From positions 1,798,001 to 1,862,000 of the forward strand of contig NC_086097.1 of assembly GCF_963921235.1 (NCBI RefSeq): a stretch of 64,000 nucleotides of DNA. The letters run 5' to 3'. Source of the stretch: Mobula hypostoma. Its lineage: Eukaryota. The notes beneath the pieces were generated by a model. The model was given only the letters and a program-made list of their open reading frames with translations, was not told the DNA's origin and ran no database searches. This document shows positions 1 to 13,063 of this stretch, piece after piece. Each line of letters begins with the position of its first letter. The first letter of the stretch is position 1. The position numbers were made by a program, and so were the translations under genes.

Positions 1-611
1 GTTTGGGGCTCTGAATGATGGCAAGAGAGGAGGTGTAGGGACAGGTGTAGCACTTGCGCTTACAGGGATAAGTGCCAAGTGGGAGATCCGTGGGGAGTGT
101 GGACCAGGGAGTTGCGGAGGGACCGATCCCTGTGGAGGGGGGTGGAGGGAGAAAAATGTGCTTAGTGGTGGGGTCCTGTTGAAGGTGGCAGAAATTGCGG
201 AGGATAATGTGCTGGATCCGGAGACTGGTGGGGTGGTAGGTGAGGACAAGGGGAACTCTGTCCCTGTTGTGGTGACGGGAGGATGGGGTGAAGGCCGAAG
301 TGCGGGAAATGGAGGAGATGCAGGTGAGGGCATCATTAATGACAGCAGAAGGGAAACCATGATCCTTAAAGAAAGAGGGCATCTGAGATGTCCTGGAATG
401 GAAAACCTCATCATCGGAGCAGGTGTGGCAAAGACGGAGGAACTGGGAATAGAAAATGGCATTTTTGCATGTGGCGGGGTGGGAAGAGGTAGTTATGAGA
501 GTCAGTGGGCTTGCAGAAGATGACAGTGGACAGTCTGTCTCCAGAGATGGAGACCAAGAGATCAAAAAAGGGGAGAGAAGTGTCCGAGATAGACCAAATG
601 AATTTGAGGGC
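1..611 (-). mobile_element. Degraded Penelope-like element fragment (RT C-terminus to RT/EN linker)
   Basis: Colinear with the minus-strand Penelope copy at ~63180-63830 (e.g. gtttggggctctgaatgatgg, ggataagtgcca, gatccctgtgga) but more diverged; runs off the window start. Confidence 0.85.
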
Positions 612-1480
612 TCATGCCCTGGGTGTTGGAGGTCCTTAATAATGGACACTGCCTTTCCGAGACATCGCTACCTGAAGATGTCCTGGGTACTTTGTAGGCT
701 AGTGCCCAAGATGGAGCCGACTAAATTTACAACCCTCTGCAGCTTCTTTCAGTCCTGTGCAGTAGCCCCCTCCCCCCCCATACCAGACAGTGATGCAGCC
801 TGTCAGAATGCTCTCCATGGTACATCTATAGAAGTTTTTGGGTGTATTTGTTGACATACCAAATCTCTTCAAACTCCTGATGAAGTATAGACGCTGTCTT
901 GCTTTCTTTAGAACTGCATTGATATGTCTGGACCAGGTTAGATCCTCAGCGATCTTGACACCCAGGAACTTGAAGCTGCTCACTCTCTCCACTTCTGATC
1001 CCTCTATGAGGATTGGTATGTGTTCCTTCGTCTTACCCTTCCTGAAGTCGACAATCAGCTCTTTCGTCTTACCCTCGTTGAGTGCCAGGTTGTTGCTGCA
1101 GCACCACTCCATTAGTTGGCATATCTCACTCCTGTAGCCCTCTGGTCACCACCTGAGATTCTACCAACAATGGTTGTATCACCAGCAAATTTATAGATGG
1201 TATTTGAGCTATGCCCAGACACAGTCATGGGGATATAGAGAGTAGAGCAGTGTGCTAAGCACACACCTTGGAGGTGTGCCAGTGTTGATCGTCAGCGAGG
1301 AGGAGATGTTATCACCAATCCACAGAGATTGTGTTCTTCCGATAGGAAGTCGAGGATCCAATTACAGAGGGAGGTACAAAGGCCCAAGTTCTGCAACTTC
1401 TCAATCAGGATTGTGGGAATGATGTATTAAATGCTGAGCTATAGTCGATGAACAGAATCCTGACGTAGGTGTTTGTGTTG
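612..1480 (-). mobile_element. Rex1/Babar-type LINE, RT C-terminal fragment
   Basis: ORF 699-1112: KTKELIVDFRK, FKFLGVKI, KKARQRLYFIRSLKRF, ESILTGCITVWYG; closely similar to 58080-58930. Confidence 0.9.
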
Positions 1481-1712
1481 GCAGTGAGGCTGATCAACAC
1501 CTCCACCCACTAACCCACCCCTCTACACCCCACCACCACTACTTTATCACTTTCTGTCAAAGTCACCTTATGTACAGACACTCCTGTGCCTAGCATCACT
1601 CTATGGACATAAAATTATATTTATTGTTTTTTTTATTATTGTGTTCTTTATTTCATCGTGTCATTTTGTGTGGTATCAGATCCCCAATAACAGTTATTTC
1701 ATTCTCCCTTAC
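1481..1712 (+). mobile_element. Rex1-type LINE 3' tail
   Basis: gcagtgaggctgatcaacacctccaccca... also follows a Rex1 RT end at ~62210-62340. Confidence 0.6.
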
Positions 1713-1759
1713 ATTCCCGCAGATACACAGGTCTTGTAAAACCTCCCCCCCCCCCACCC

Positions 1760-1930
1760 CACCCCACCTTTTTATTCAGCTTCTTCCCACTTCCTTTCCA
1801 GTCCCGATGAAGGGTCTCGGCCCGAAATATCTACTGGTTATTCCCCTCTATAATGTTGTCTGACCTGCAGAATTCCTTTCGCATTTACGTGTCTTTCTCT
1901 GGATTTCCAGCATCTGCAGTGTCCTGTGTT
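1760..1930 (+). mobile_element. Penelope pLTR/3' tail fragment with degenerate hammerhead
   Basis: ccagtc-ccgatga-agggtctcggccc-gaaa-tatc-tactgg at 1798-1837, then the tail ...ttccagcatctgcag. Confidence 0.7.
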
Positions 1931-1954
1931 TCGGGTTTACTCTGTCGTTGTGTA

Positions 1955-2520
1955 GCAGTTGACCGTCCCCACCCCACGCCACCCCAGTCAGGAGCGGAAG
2001 AATCGCTGAGGGCTGGGCTCTTTAAGGCCAGCGAATGGGAGAGTGCTGGGAAGTGAGAGTGGGGAACGGGAAGGGGAGCCTTTGTGAAGAGTTGATTTAT
2101 GCCGCGGTTCCTGTAATTATGTAGCTCATTTGATTTCTTTTTTTATATCCAGCCTGGGGACGTGTGCGGGATTTAGTCGGCTCTGGCAGCCCGTGCCTAG
2201 CCTCTCCCCGCCAGGGCCTCAGGAACTGCATTCACTGGCGGGCAGCCTCGTGTTTTCTGGGAATCTCAGTGCAAGAGGCCATAAATAGCGCAGGAGCCGC
2301 AGCGGCGCTGGCTGCGTCCCAGACCCAGGCACCCGCACCCATTCCCGTGGCTGGGTTGTTCTGATGCTGGGGCAGCTGCGGCCTGAGCTTAGTACCGACA
2401 CCGAGTAAACATTAGCGTACATTCGATCAAGCGCCGTGCTATCAGATTATGCAAAGGTCAACGCGGGTAATTATTTAGTGGTAAACACTGACAATATTTA
2501 TTCCGTAACTGCCAACCAAG
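1955..2520. promoter_or_regulatory. Non-repetitive CpG-rich island, candidate enhancer/promoter
   Basis: Many CpGs in a CpG-poor context; motif matches tgatttat, ttctgggaa, cataaata, gtaaaca x2, caaaggtca. Confidence 0.35.
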
Positions 2521-2714
2521 TGTGGTGTGGCGCCACATTCCACTCTCTCCGTGTGTTTCTCATGTGGGCAGAGTGGTCACCGTGTGCATGCCGTGCTCTC
2601 ATACACCACCATTTGCCCCATGGCCCACACCAAACAGGGCGCCACAAGTTCACAGCACCACATACCAAGGTGCTTCCCGACAACGTTAGTCATGAGTAGG
2701 CAGGAGGGGAGCAG

Positions 2715-3275
2715 GCTGAAACAACATCGAACATTTCAGCACGGTACAGGCCCTTCGGCCCTCAATGTTGTGCTAACCTTTTAACCTCCAAGATCAATCT
2801 AATCCCTCCCTCTCACATAACCAACAATTTTCTATCATCCTTTAAGATTTTCTCCAATGTCCCTAGAATATCTTTCTCTACCACCACGCCTGGCAGGCGT
2901 TCCACACACCCACTAACCTCTGTAAAATACCTACCTCTAACGTTCCCCTATACTTTCCTCTGAAGTTATCAAGATGGGAAAAAGATGCTGGCTGTCCACT
3001 CTTAATTGTGCCTCTTATCAAGTCACGTCACATCCTCCTTTGCTGCAAAGAGAAAAGCCCTCGCTTGCTGAAACTTTCCTCATGGGACACACTCTGTAAT
3101 CCAGGGAGCATCCTGGCAACACATCTCCGCAGCCTCTCGAAAGCTTCCACATCCTTTCAATAACGAGGTGACCAGAACTGAACACAATGCTCCCGCTATA
3201 GTCTACCTGGGTTTTATACAGCTGCAACATTACCTTGCGGCTCTTGAACTTAATCCACTGACTAAAGGCGGCCAA
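2715..3275 (-). mobile_element. CR1 LINE 3' end
   Basis: CR1 3' UTR signature ggcccttcggccc; RT-end residues IKFKSRKVMLQLYKT. Confidence 0.8.
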
Positions 3276-3454
3276 CACATAACTTCCTGACGCTGCTGTT
3301 CCCAGTTCGACACTGAGTGAGCAGTCTGTGTTGAGGAAGGTCCTGTGGGCTGCCTTCGCATTTCCAGTTTGCTGGGTCATGTGAGGGTGCTGTTGTAAAG
3401 TGAGACACACAGTCACTCACCGGCGAGGTGACGCTCTCCACATTACCATGAGAC

Positions 3455-3880
3455 ACGAGCAGAGTTAGGCCATTTGGCCCATCGAGTCTGCTCTATCATT
3501 CCATCATGGCTGATTTATTATCCCCCTCAATCCCATTCTGCCTTCTCATAATCTTAGATGCCCCGACTAATCAAGAACCTATCAACCTCTGCTGTAAATA
3601 TACTCAACGACTTGGCCTCCACAGCCATCCGTGGTAATGAATTCCACAGTTTCACTACCCTCTGGCTAAAGAATTTCCTCCTCATCTCTGTTGTAAATTG
3701 ACATCCTTCAATTCTGAGGCTCCGTTCTCTGGTCCTAAACTCACCCACTATAGGAAACATCCTCTCAACGTTCACTCAATCGAGGCCCTTCAAAATTTGG
3801 TAGATTTCAATGAGATCCCCCCTCATTCTTCTAAACTCAAGCAAGTATAGGTCCAGAGCTACCTGTATTAAACACTCTTC
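3455..3880 (-). mobile_element. CR1 LINE 3' end
   Basis: ORF 3554-3775 VERMFP...RRKFFSQRVVKLWNSLP. Confidence 0.85.
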
Positions 3881-3959
3881 ATAGAACAATGGGAGCACAG
3901 CACAGGAACAGGCCTGTCAGCTCACATTGTTGTCCCTAACCAATGAAATAGCCAACTAA

Positions 3960-5050
3960 ACTATTACAGGAAAGTTACTAACATGGTTATAGTATTGGCT
4001 AATTGGTAGGAGGCAGCGAGTGGGAATATAAGGATCTTTGTCTGGTTGGCTGCCAGAGACTAGTGGTGTTCCGCAGGGGTCAATGTTGGGACCACTTATT
4101 TTTGTGCTGTATATAAATGATTTAGATGATGGAATAGAAGAGCTTGTTGCCAAGTTTGCAGATGATACGAAGATTGGTGGAGGTGCAGGTGGGATGCAGA
4201 AGGACTTAGATTAGAAGAATGGTTAAAAAAGTGGCAAATGAAATTTTGGAAAATGCATGGTTATGCACTTTGGTAGTAGAAATAAATATGTGGATATTTT
4301 CTAACTGTGGAGAAAATCCCAAATTCTGAGATGTAAAGGGACTTGGGAGTCCTTGTGCAGAACACCCTAAAGGTTAACTTGCAGGTTGAGTCGGTGGTGG
4401 TGAAGGCAAATGCCATATTAGCATTCATTTCAAGAGGTCTAGAATACAAGAGCAAGGATGTGATGCTGAGGCTTTATAAGGCACTGGTGAGGCCTCACTT
4501 TGAGTATTGTGAACAGTTTTGGGCTCCTCATCTAAGAAAAGACGTTGGAGAGGATCCAGAGGAGGTTCACAAGGATGATTCCGGGAATGAAAGGGTTATC
4601 ATTCGAAGAATGTTTGATAGCTCTGGGTCTGTATTAACTGGAGTTTATAGAAGGATGAGGGGGGTATCTCACTGAAAGCTTTCAAATGTTGCAAGGCCTA
4701 GACAGAGTAGATGTGGAAAGAATGTTTTTCATGGTGGGGGAGTCTAGGACAAGAGGGCACAGCCTCAGGATAGAGGGGCGTCCACTTAAACCAGATGTGG
4801 AGTATTTTCTTTAGCAAGAGAGTGGTGAATTTGTGGAATTTATTATCACAGGCAGCTGTGGAGGCCAGGTTGTTGGGTGTATTTAAGGCAGAACTTGATA
4901 GGTTCTTGATTGGACACAGCATCAAAGGTTATGGGGAGAAGGCTGGCAACTGGGGCTGAGGAGGGAAATAAAAGGGATCAACCATGATGGAATTGTGAAG
5001 CAGACTTGATGGGTCAAATGGCCTAATTCTGCTCCTATGTCTCATGATCT
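3960..5050 (+). mobile_element. CR1 LINE RT/3' end, decayed
   Basis: SGVPQGS and KFADD motifs, LYKALVRPHFEYC, CR1 3' UTR. Confidence 0.9.
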
Positions 5051-5054
5051 AAAC

Positions 5055-5430
5055 TAATCCCCTCGTACTACACACTTTCCATATCCTTCCGCTTTCCTCA
5101 TATTCATCTGCCTATCTAAACGCATCTTAAAAGTCTCTAATGATTCTGCCTCCTCCACCACCCCAGGCAGCACGTTCCAGGAACCTACCATTCTTTGTGT
5201 CAAAAAACGTGCTCCTCTCATCTCCTTTGAAGTGACCCCCTCTCCCCTTAGAGCTTGCCCTGATATTAGACATTTCAACCCTGGAAAAAAGATACTGTTT
5301 GTCTCTGCCTCTCATAATCTTGTAACCCTCTATCAGATCCCCTCTCAGCCTCACGTTTTAACACATGCCTCTAATCCAAGAAACATCCTGCTAAATGTCT
5401 TCTGCCTCTTCTCCAAAGCCTCAACATCCT
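5055..5430 (-). mobile_element. CR1 LINE 3' fragment
   Basis: RLRGDLIEGYKIMRG; FLTQRMVGSWNVLP. Confidence 0.8.
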
Positions 5431-6257
5431 CCCTTTACGGATATTTAAATGATCTATGTGTATAAACTATCTTATGTATTTATATTTATTGTGTTTTTTA
5501 TTATTGTGTTCTTTATCTTATTGTGTTTTTTTATGATGTATCAGATTCAGAGTAATAATTATTTCATTCTCCTTTAAACTCATGTACTGGAAATGACATT
5601 AAACAGTCTTGAATCGTGTTCTCTTTTGCATGTTGGGTGTTTGTCAGTCTGTTTTATTTTATGTGGATTCTATTGTATTTTATGTTTGCCTGGAAGATGA
5701 ATATCAAGGTTGTACGTGATATGCACACTTCGATAATAAATGTACTTTGAACCTTTAGTGAGAGCATTCCTGCAGCACTGGATAAACACGTCAGTCTCAT
5801 TTCAAGAGAGCAGTGTACTTCCTCTTAAGGAGGCAGCACCAGTTCCCCAGACTGACCCTGGGCTGTCACGTTTACAGGCAGAGGGGAGGTCAGTAACTGG
5901 CTTGGGTAGGATTCAGAGGAACGAGATACAGTCTGACTGAAATTGAGATCTCTGTACAGAGCTCAGCAGCTTTCCCTGGCTGAGGAATTTAACTCGGGGC
6001 GGAGTCTCGGAAACAGGATAGGCCATGCTCAAAGTTCAAAGCAAATTTATCAAAGTATGCACTGTATTTATTAACATGTACTACTCTGAGATTCACTTCC
6101 ACACAGGCATTTACAAGAAAATAAAGAAATACAAGAGAATTTACCATAAACAAACGCTGACAACCAACAACAAAGTGTGCAAATGAAAAATAACATGGAG
6201 AACATGAGTTGTCGAGGGTCTTTGAAAGAGACCCCATAAATTGTGGAATAATTTCAG

Positions 6258-7545
6258 TGTTGAGTGCCATTGCTATTACAAAGGAAAAAGTGCTAGGCAA
6301 ACTCAAAGGTCTTAAGGTGGATAAGTCACCTGGACCAGATGGACTACATCCCAGAGTCCTGAGAGAGGTTGCTGAAGAGATAACGGATGCATTGGTCATG
6401 ATCTTTCAAGAATCACTGGATTCTGGCATGGTCCCAGAGGACTGGAAGATTGCAAATGTCACTCCACTCTTTAAGAAGGGGGGTGAAGGCAAAAGAAAGA
6501 AAGTTATGGGCCAGTTAGCCTAATTTCAGTGTTGCAGTCTATTACTCAGTTTGGGATACTTAGAGACTAATGATAAAATGATAATGAGCAGCAGTGAACC
6601 ATCTGATTGGCCTATCAGAGTTCTCTTTGGGAACTAGTTGACTTGGTCAGCATTTCTGATCTGGCCATTGTTCACGACTGCACTAAAAGAAAGTCAAAGT
6701 CAGCATGGCTTCTGTAAAGGGAAATCTTGCTTGACAAGTGAGTTCTTCAAGGAAGTAACAAGCAAGGTTGACAAAGGAGAGGCAGTGGATGTCATTGACT
6801 TGGATTTTCAGAAGGCATTTGATAAGGTGCCACACATGAGGCTGCTTAACAAGATAAAGCCCTATGGTGTTACAGGAAAGATACTGGCGTGGATAGAGGA
6901 ATAGCTGACAGGCAGGAGGCAGTGACTGGAAATAAAAGGGGCCTTTTCTGGTTGGGTGCCGGTGGTGTTCCTCAGGGGTCACTATTGGGACTGCTGCTTT
7001 TCACATTGTTTGTCAGTGATTTAGATAATGGAATTGATGGCTTTGTGGCAAAGTTTGCGTATGATATGAAGATAGGTGGAGGGGTAGGTAATGCTGAGGA
7101 AGCAATGTGATTGCAGCAGGACTTTGACAAATTGGAAGATTGGGCAAAAAAGTGGCAGATGGAATACAGTGTTGGGAAATGTATGATAATATGTTTTGGT
7201 TAAAGGAACAATAGTGCAGACTATTATCTAAATGAGGGGAAGGTTCAAAACATCAGAGGTGCAGAGGGACTTAGGAGTCCTCATGCAAGATCCCTGGAAG
7301 GTGAATTTACATGTTGAGTCTGTGGTAAGGAAGGCAAATGCAAAATTTGCATTTATTTCAAAGGGAATAGAATATAAAAGCAAGGAGATTATGCTGAGCC
7401 TTTTCCTGATCGGTCAGGGCAACAAAGGATATGGCAAGAAGGGAGGTGTATGGAGTTGAATGGGATCCAAGATCAGCCATTATGGAATGGCTGAGCAGAC
7501 TTGATGGGCTGAATGGCCTAATTCTGCTTCTATGTATCATAAACA
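6258..7545 (+). mobile_element. CR1 LINE ORF2 fragments
   Basis: KSPGPDGLHPRVLRE, QHGFCKGKSCLT, LDFQKAFDKVPH, GVPQGS. Confidence 0.9.
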
Positions 7546-7549
7546 TTGC

Positions 7550-10405
7550 AGATTAACTTAGAACGAGGATCAATAGGTGGAACTATGACATTGTGGCCAT
7601 TACAGAGACTTGGATGTCTCAGGAGCAGGAATGACTGCTGAGTGTGCCGGGCTTTAGAAATTTCAAAGAGAACAGAGAGGGAGGCAAAAGAGGTGTGGGC
7701 ATGGCATTGCTAATTAGGGACAGTGTCACGGCTGCAGAAAAGGAGGAAGTTATGGAGGGATTGTCTACTGAGTCAGTGTGGGTGGAAGTCAGAAACAGGA
7801 AAGGGGCAATAACTCTACTGGGTGATTTTTATAGACCCCCATAGTAACAGAGACATCGAGGAGCAGATAGGGAGGCAGATTCTGGAACGGTGCAATAATA
7901 ATAGGGTTGTTGTGATGGAAATTTTTAACTTTCCTAATATTGATTGGCATCGCCTTAGCAGAAGGGGCTTAGATGGGGTGGAGTTAGCTAAGTGTGTTCA
8001 GGAAGGTTTCCTGACACAATATGTAGATAAGCCAACTAGAGGAGAGGCTGTACTTGATCTGGTATTGGGAAATGAACCTGGTCAGGTGTCAGATCTCATA
8101 GTGGGAGAGCATTTTGGAGGTAAGTGATCACAACTCTATCTCCTTCACCATAATGCTGGAGAGGGATAGGAACAGACAATTTGGGAAAACATTTAATTGG
8201 AGTAAGGGGAAATATGATGCTGTTAGGCAGGAACTTGGGAGCATAAATTGGGAGCAGATGTTCTTAGGGAAATGCATGGCAGAAATGTGGCAAATGTTCA
8301 AGGACTATTTGCATGGAGTTCTGCATAGTTATGTTCCACTGAGGCAGAGAAAGGATGAGAGGGTAAAGTAAACATGGTGTACAAAGAATGTAGAAAATCT
8401 GGTTAAGAAAAGATTACAAAAGGTTCAAGAAACTAGGTACTGTTAGAGCTCTAGAAAATTACAAGGTTGCTAGGAAGGAGTTGAAGAATGGAATTAGGAG
8501 AGCCAGAAGGGGCCATGAGAAGGCCTTGGCGAGCAGGATTAAGGAAAACCCCAAGGCATTCTGCAAGTATGTGAAGAGCAAGAGGATGAGATACGTGAGA
8601 CTAGGATCAGTCAGGTGCAATAGTGGAAACATGCATGGAGTTGGAGGGGGTTGCGGAGGTATTTAATGAATACTTTGCTTCAGTATTCACCAGGGAAAGG
8701 GAACTTGGCAATTGTGGGGATGACTTACAGCGGACTGAAACACTTGAGCATATAGACATTAAGGAAGAGGAGGTGCTGGAGCTTTTGAAAAGCATTAAAT
8801 TAGATAAGTCACCTGGACTAGATGAGATATACCCCAAACTACTGTGGGAAGCGAGGGAGGAGATTGCTGAGCCTCTGGCGATGATCTTTGTGTCAGGGAG
8901 AGGTTCCAGAGGATTGGAGGGTTGAAAATGTTGTTCCCTTGTTCAAGAAAGGTAGTAGAGATAACCCAGGAAATTATAGACCAGTGAGTCTTACTTCAGT
9001 AGTGGGCAAGTTTTTGGAGAATATCCTGAGAGACAGGATTTATGAGCATTTGGAGAGACATAATCTGATTAGGGACAGTGAGCATGGCTTTGTCAAGGGC
9101 AGGTCGTGCCTTACGAGCCTGATTTAATTCTTTGAGGATGTACCAAAATACCTTGATGAAGGTAGAGCAGTGGATGTAGTGTATGTGGATTTCAGCAAGG
9201 CATTTGATAAGGTACCCCATGCAAGGCTTATTGAGAAAGTAAGGAGGCATGGGATCCAAGGGGTCTTTGTGTTGTGGACCCAGAATTGGTCTGCCTACAG
9301 AATGCAAAGGGTGGTTGCAGATGGTTCATATTCTACAAGGAGGCCGGTGACCAGTGGTGTTCCACAGGGACCTGTTCTGGGACCCCTCCTTTTTGTGGTT
9401 TTTATAAATGACCTGGATGAGGAAGTAGAAGGGTGGGTTAGTAACACACATCAAAGTTGCTGGTGAACGCAGCAGGTTAGTAAGTTTGCTGATGACACAA
9501 AGGTTGGGGGTGTTGTGGATAGTGTGGAGGGTTGTCAGAGGTTACAGTGGGACATCGATAGGATGCAGAACTGGGCTGAGAAGTGGCAGACGGAGTTCAA
9601 CCCAGATAAGTGTGAGGTGGTTCATTTTGGTAGGTCAAATATGATGGCAGAATATAGTATTAATGGTAAGACACTTGGCAGTGTGGAGGATCAGAGGGAT
9701 CTTGAGGTCCATGTCCATATGACAATCAAAGCTGCTGTGCAGTTTGACAGTGTTGTTAAGAAGGTGTATGGTGTGTTGGCATTTATCAACCGTAGGATTG
9801 AGTTCAAGAGCAGTGAGGTAATGTTACAGCTATATAAAACCTTGGTCAGACACCACTTGGAGTACTGTGTTTAGTTTTGGTTACCTCACTACAGGAAGGA
9901 TGTGGATGCTATAGAGAGAGTGCAGAGGAGATTTACATGGATGTTGTCTGGATTGGAGGGTGTACCTCATGAGAATAAGTTGAGTGAACTTGGCCTTTTC
10001 TCCTTGGAGCGACGGAGGATGAGAGGTGACCTGATAGAGGTGTATAAAATGATGGGAGGCACTTATCGTGTGGATAGCCAGAAGCTTTTTCCCAGGGCTG
10101 AAATGGCTAACATGAGGGGCATAGTTTTAAGGTGCTTGGAAATAGGTACCGAGGGGATGTCAGGGGTAAGTTTTTCACACTGAGAGTGGTGGGTGCGTGG
10201 AATGCACTGCAGGTGGCGGTGGTGGTGGTGGAAGTGGATAAAATAGGATCTTTTAAGAACCTCTTAGATAGGTACATGGAGCTTAGAAAAATAGAGGGCT
10301 ATGCGCTAGGGAAATTCTTGGAAGTTTCTAAAGTAGGTTACATTGTTGGCACAACATTGTAGGCCGAAGGACCTGTAATGTGCTGTAGATTTCTATGTTC
10401 TATGT
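7550..10405 (+). mobile_element. CR1 LINE ORF2 (APE + RT), frameshifted, with 3' UTR
   Basis: APE residues (ITETW, YRPP, FNFPNIDW, SDHNSISF) and RT motifs ([21 protein letters not shown]); ttctatg tail; same subfamily as 45298-48660. Confidence 0.92.
9445..9474 (-). mobile_element. 30-bp Penelope tail micro-insertion with 9-bp TSD
   Basis: cacacatcaaagttgctggtgaacgcagca is identical to the PLE tail near 25848-25877; flanked by ggttagtaa at 9436-9444 and 9475-9483. Confidence 0.85.
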
Positions 10406-10419
10406 CTTATGGTCATAGG

Positions 10420-10785
10420 GAGCGGTGTCTCAGCAAGGCAGCATCCATTATTAAGGACCTCCAGCACCCAGGGCATGCCCTTTTCTCACTGTTATCGTCA
10501 GGTAGGAGATACAGAAGCCTGAAGGCACACACTCAGTGATTCAGGAACAGCTTCTTCCCCTCTACCATCCGATTCCTAAATAGACATTGAAGCTTTGGAC
10601 ACTACCTCAGTTTTTAAAAAAATATACAGTATTTCTGTTTTTGCACATTAAAAAAATCTTCAATATATGCAATTGATTTACTTGTTTATTTATTATGTTT
10701 TATTTTATTAATTATTTTCTCTCTCTGCTAGATTATTGCATTGACAAATTTCACGTCACTTGCCGGTGATAATAAACCTGGTTTT
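10420..10785 (+). mobile_element. Rex1-type LINE 3' end and UTR
   Basis: aaggcagcatccattattaaggacc...tcaggaacagcttcttcccc; reverse-complement match to ~57780-58130. Confidence 0.8.
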
Positions 10786-10999
10786 GATGGTCCAAATCTA
10801 AGTGAAATTATCCACGTCAGTTCAGAAGCCTGATGGTTGAAGGGTAATAATTGTCCTTGAACGTGGTGGTGTGGCAATTGAGGCTCCTGTACCTCCTGCC
10901 CGAAGTTAGCAGTGAGAAAAGAGCATGGCTTGAATTGGATGGGTAGGGATCTTCAAGATGGATGCTGCTTGCTTGTGGCAGCACTCCTTGTATAAAAAA

Positions 11000-13062
11000 G
11001 ACCATAAAGTATAGGAGCGGAATTCAGCCATTTATTTATTGAGTGAGCCTGCTCCGCCATTTCATCATGGCTGATCCATTTTCTCTCTCAGCTCCAATCT
11101 CCTGCCTTCTTCCCGTATCCCTTCATGCCCTGATTAATCAAGTATCTATCAACGTTTGTCTTAAGTATACCCAATGGCTTGGCCTCCAAACCGTCTGTGG
11201 CAAAAATCCACAGATTCACCACTCCCTGGCTAAAGAAATTCCTCCTCATCTCCAATATAAAAAGACACCCCCCTATTCTGAGGCTGTGTCCTCTGATCTT
11301 AGACTCCCCCACCATAGGAAACATCCTCTCCACATCCACTCTATTGAGGCCTTTCAACATTCGATAGGTTTCAGTAAGATCACCCCTCATTCTTCTGAAT
11401 TCTGGTGAGCTCAGGCCCAGAAGCATCAAATGCTCTTTATATGACAAGTCTTTCAACCCCAGAAACATTTTCATGAACCTCCTTTGAACCCTCTCCAATA
11501 TCAGCAAATCCTTTCTAAGATAAGGGGCCCAAACTTGCTCACAATACTCCAGGTGAGGTCTTACCAGTGCTATATAAAGCCTCAACACCACATCCTTGCT
11601 TTTATATTTCAGTCCTCTTGAAATGAATGCCAACATTCCATTTGCCTTCCTCACCACAGACTCAACCTGCAACTTAGCCTTTCAGGGATCCAACATGAGG
11701 ACTCCCAAGTCCCTTTGCACCTGGGATTTTTGAATTTTCTCTCCATTTAGAAAATAGTCTACCCCTTTATTTCTTCTACCAAAGTGCATGACCATACACT
11801 TCCCGACACGGTATTCCATCTGCCGCTTCTTTGCCCATTCTCCTAATCTGTCTAAGCTCTTCTGTAGCCTCTCTACTTCCTCAAAACTACTTGCTCCTCC
11901 ACCAATCTTATCTGCAAACTTGGGCACAAAGCTATCAATTCTGTCATCTAAGTTATTGTCATACAACGTAAAAGGCAATTCCAACGCAGACCCCTACAGA
12001 ACACCAGTCATCGGTAGCCAATCAGAAAAGGCTCCCTTCACTGTATTCGCACTCTTTCCCTCCTCCCAATCAGCCAATGGTTGTTTGGTTTCTTTCGTGT
12101 AATACCATAGGGTCTTAACTTGTTAAGCAGCCTCACGCGTGGCATTGTGTCAAAGGCCTTCTGAAAATCCAAGAACACAACATCAACCGATTCTCCTTTG
12201 TCTATCCTGCTTGTTGTTTCTTAAATGAATTCCAATAGATTTTTAAGGCAAGAAACCCTTGAGGAAACTATGCTGACTATGGCCTACTTTATCATGCACC
12301 TCCAAGTACCATGAAACCACATCCTTAGCAATCAACTCCAACAACTGATGTCAGACTAACTGGCCTATAACTTCCGTTCTTCTGCCTCTCTGAATTCCTG
12401 AAGGGGGGAGTGACATTTGTAATTTTCTATTCCTCTGGAAACATGCCAGAATCAATTGATTCTTGAAAGATCGTTATTAATAACTCCACAATCTCTACAG
12501 GCACCTGTTTCAGAACCCTGGTGTGTACACTATCTGGTCCAGGTGAGTTATCTACCTTCAGACCTTTCAGTTACCCAAGAACTTTCTCCCAAGTAATAGC
12601 AACTTCACACAGTTGTGCCCTGACACTCTCAAACCTCCGATATACTGCTAGCGTCTTCCCCAGTGAAGACTAATGCAAAATATTTATTCTGCTCATCTAC
12701 CATTTCTTTGTTCCCCCAATACTACCTCTCCAGCATCATTTTCCAGTGATCCAGTATCTACACTTTCGGTATCAGAAGAAACTTCTTTTATCGTCTTTAA
12801 TATTATTGGATAGCTTTCCTATGTATTCCATCTTTCCCTCCTTTATAACTTTTTTAGTTGCTTACTATTGGTTTTTAAAAGCTTCCCAACCCTCTAACTT
12901 CCCACAAACTTTCCGCTATTACATACCTTCTCCTGGCTTTGACTTCCCGTCAGCCATGGTGGTGTCATCCTGCCTGAAGAATATTTATTATTCTTTGGGA
13001 TGTCTATAGCCCAGAAATGACAGTCATTGCTGCTCTACCGTCATCCCTGCCAGTGTTCTTTT
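11000..13062 (-). mobile_element. CR1 LINE ORF2/3' end, decayed
   Basis: ORFs 11088-11672 and 11682-11984 encode the CR1 RT C-terminus. Confidence 0.9.
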
Positions 13063-13063
13063 C

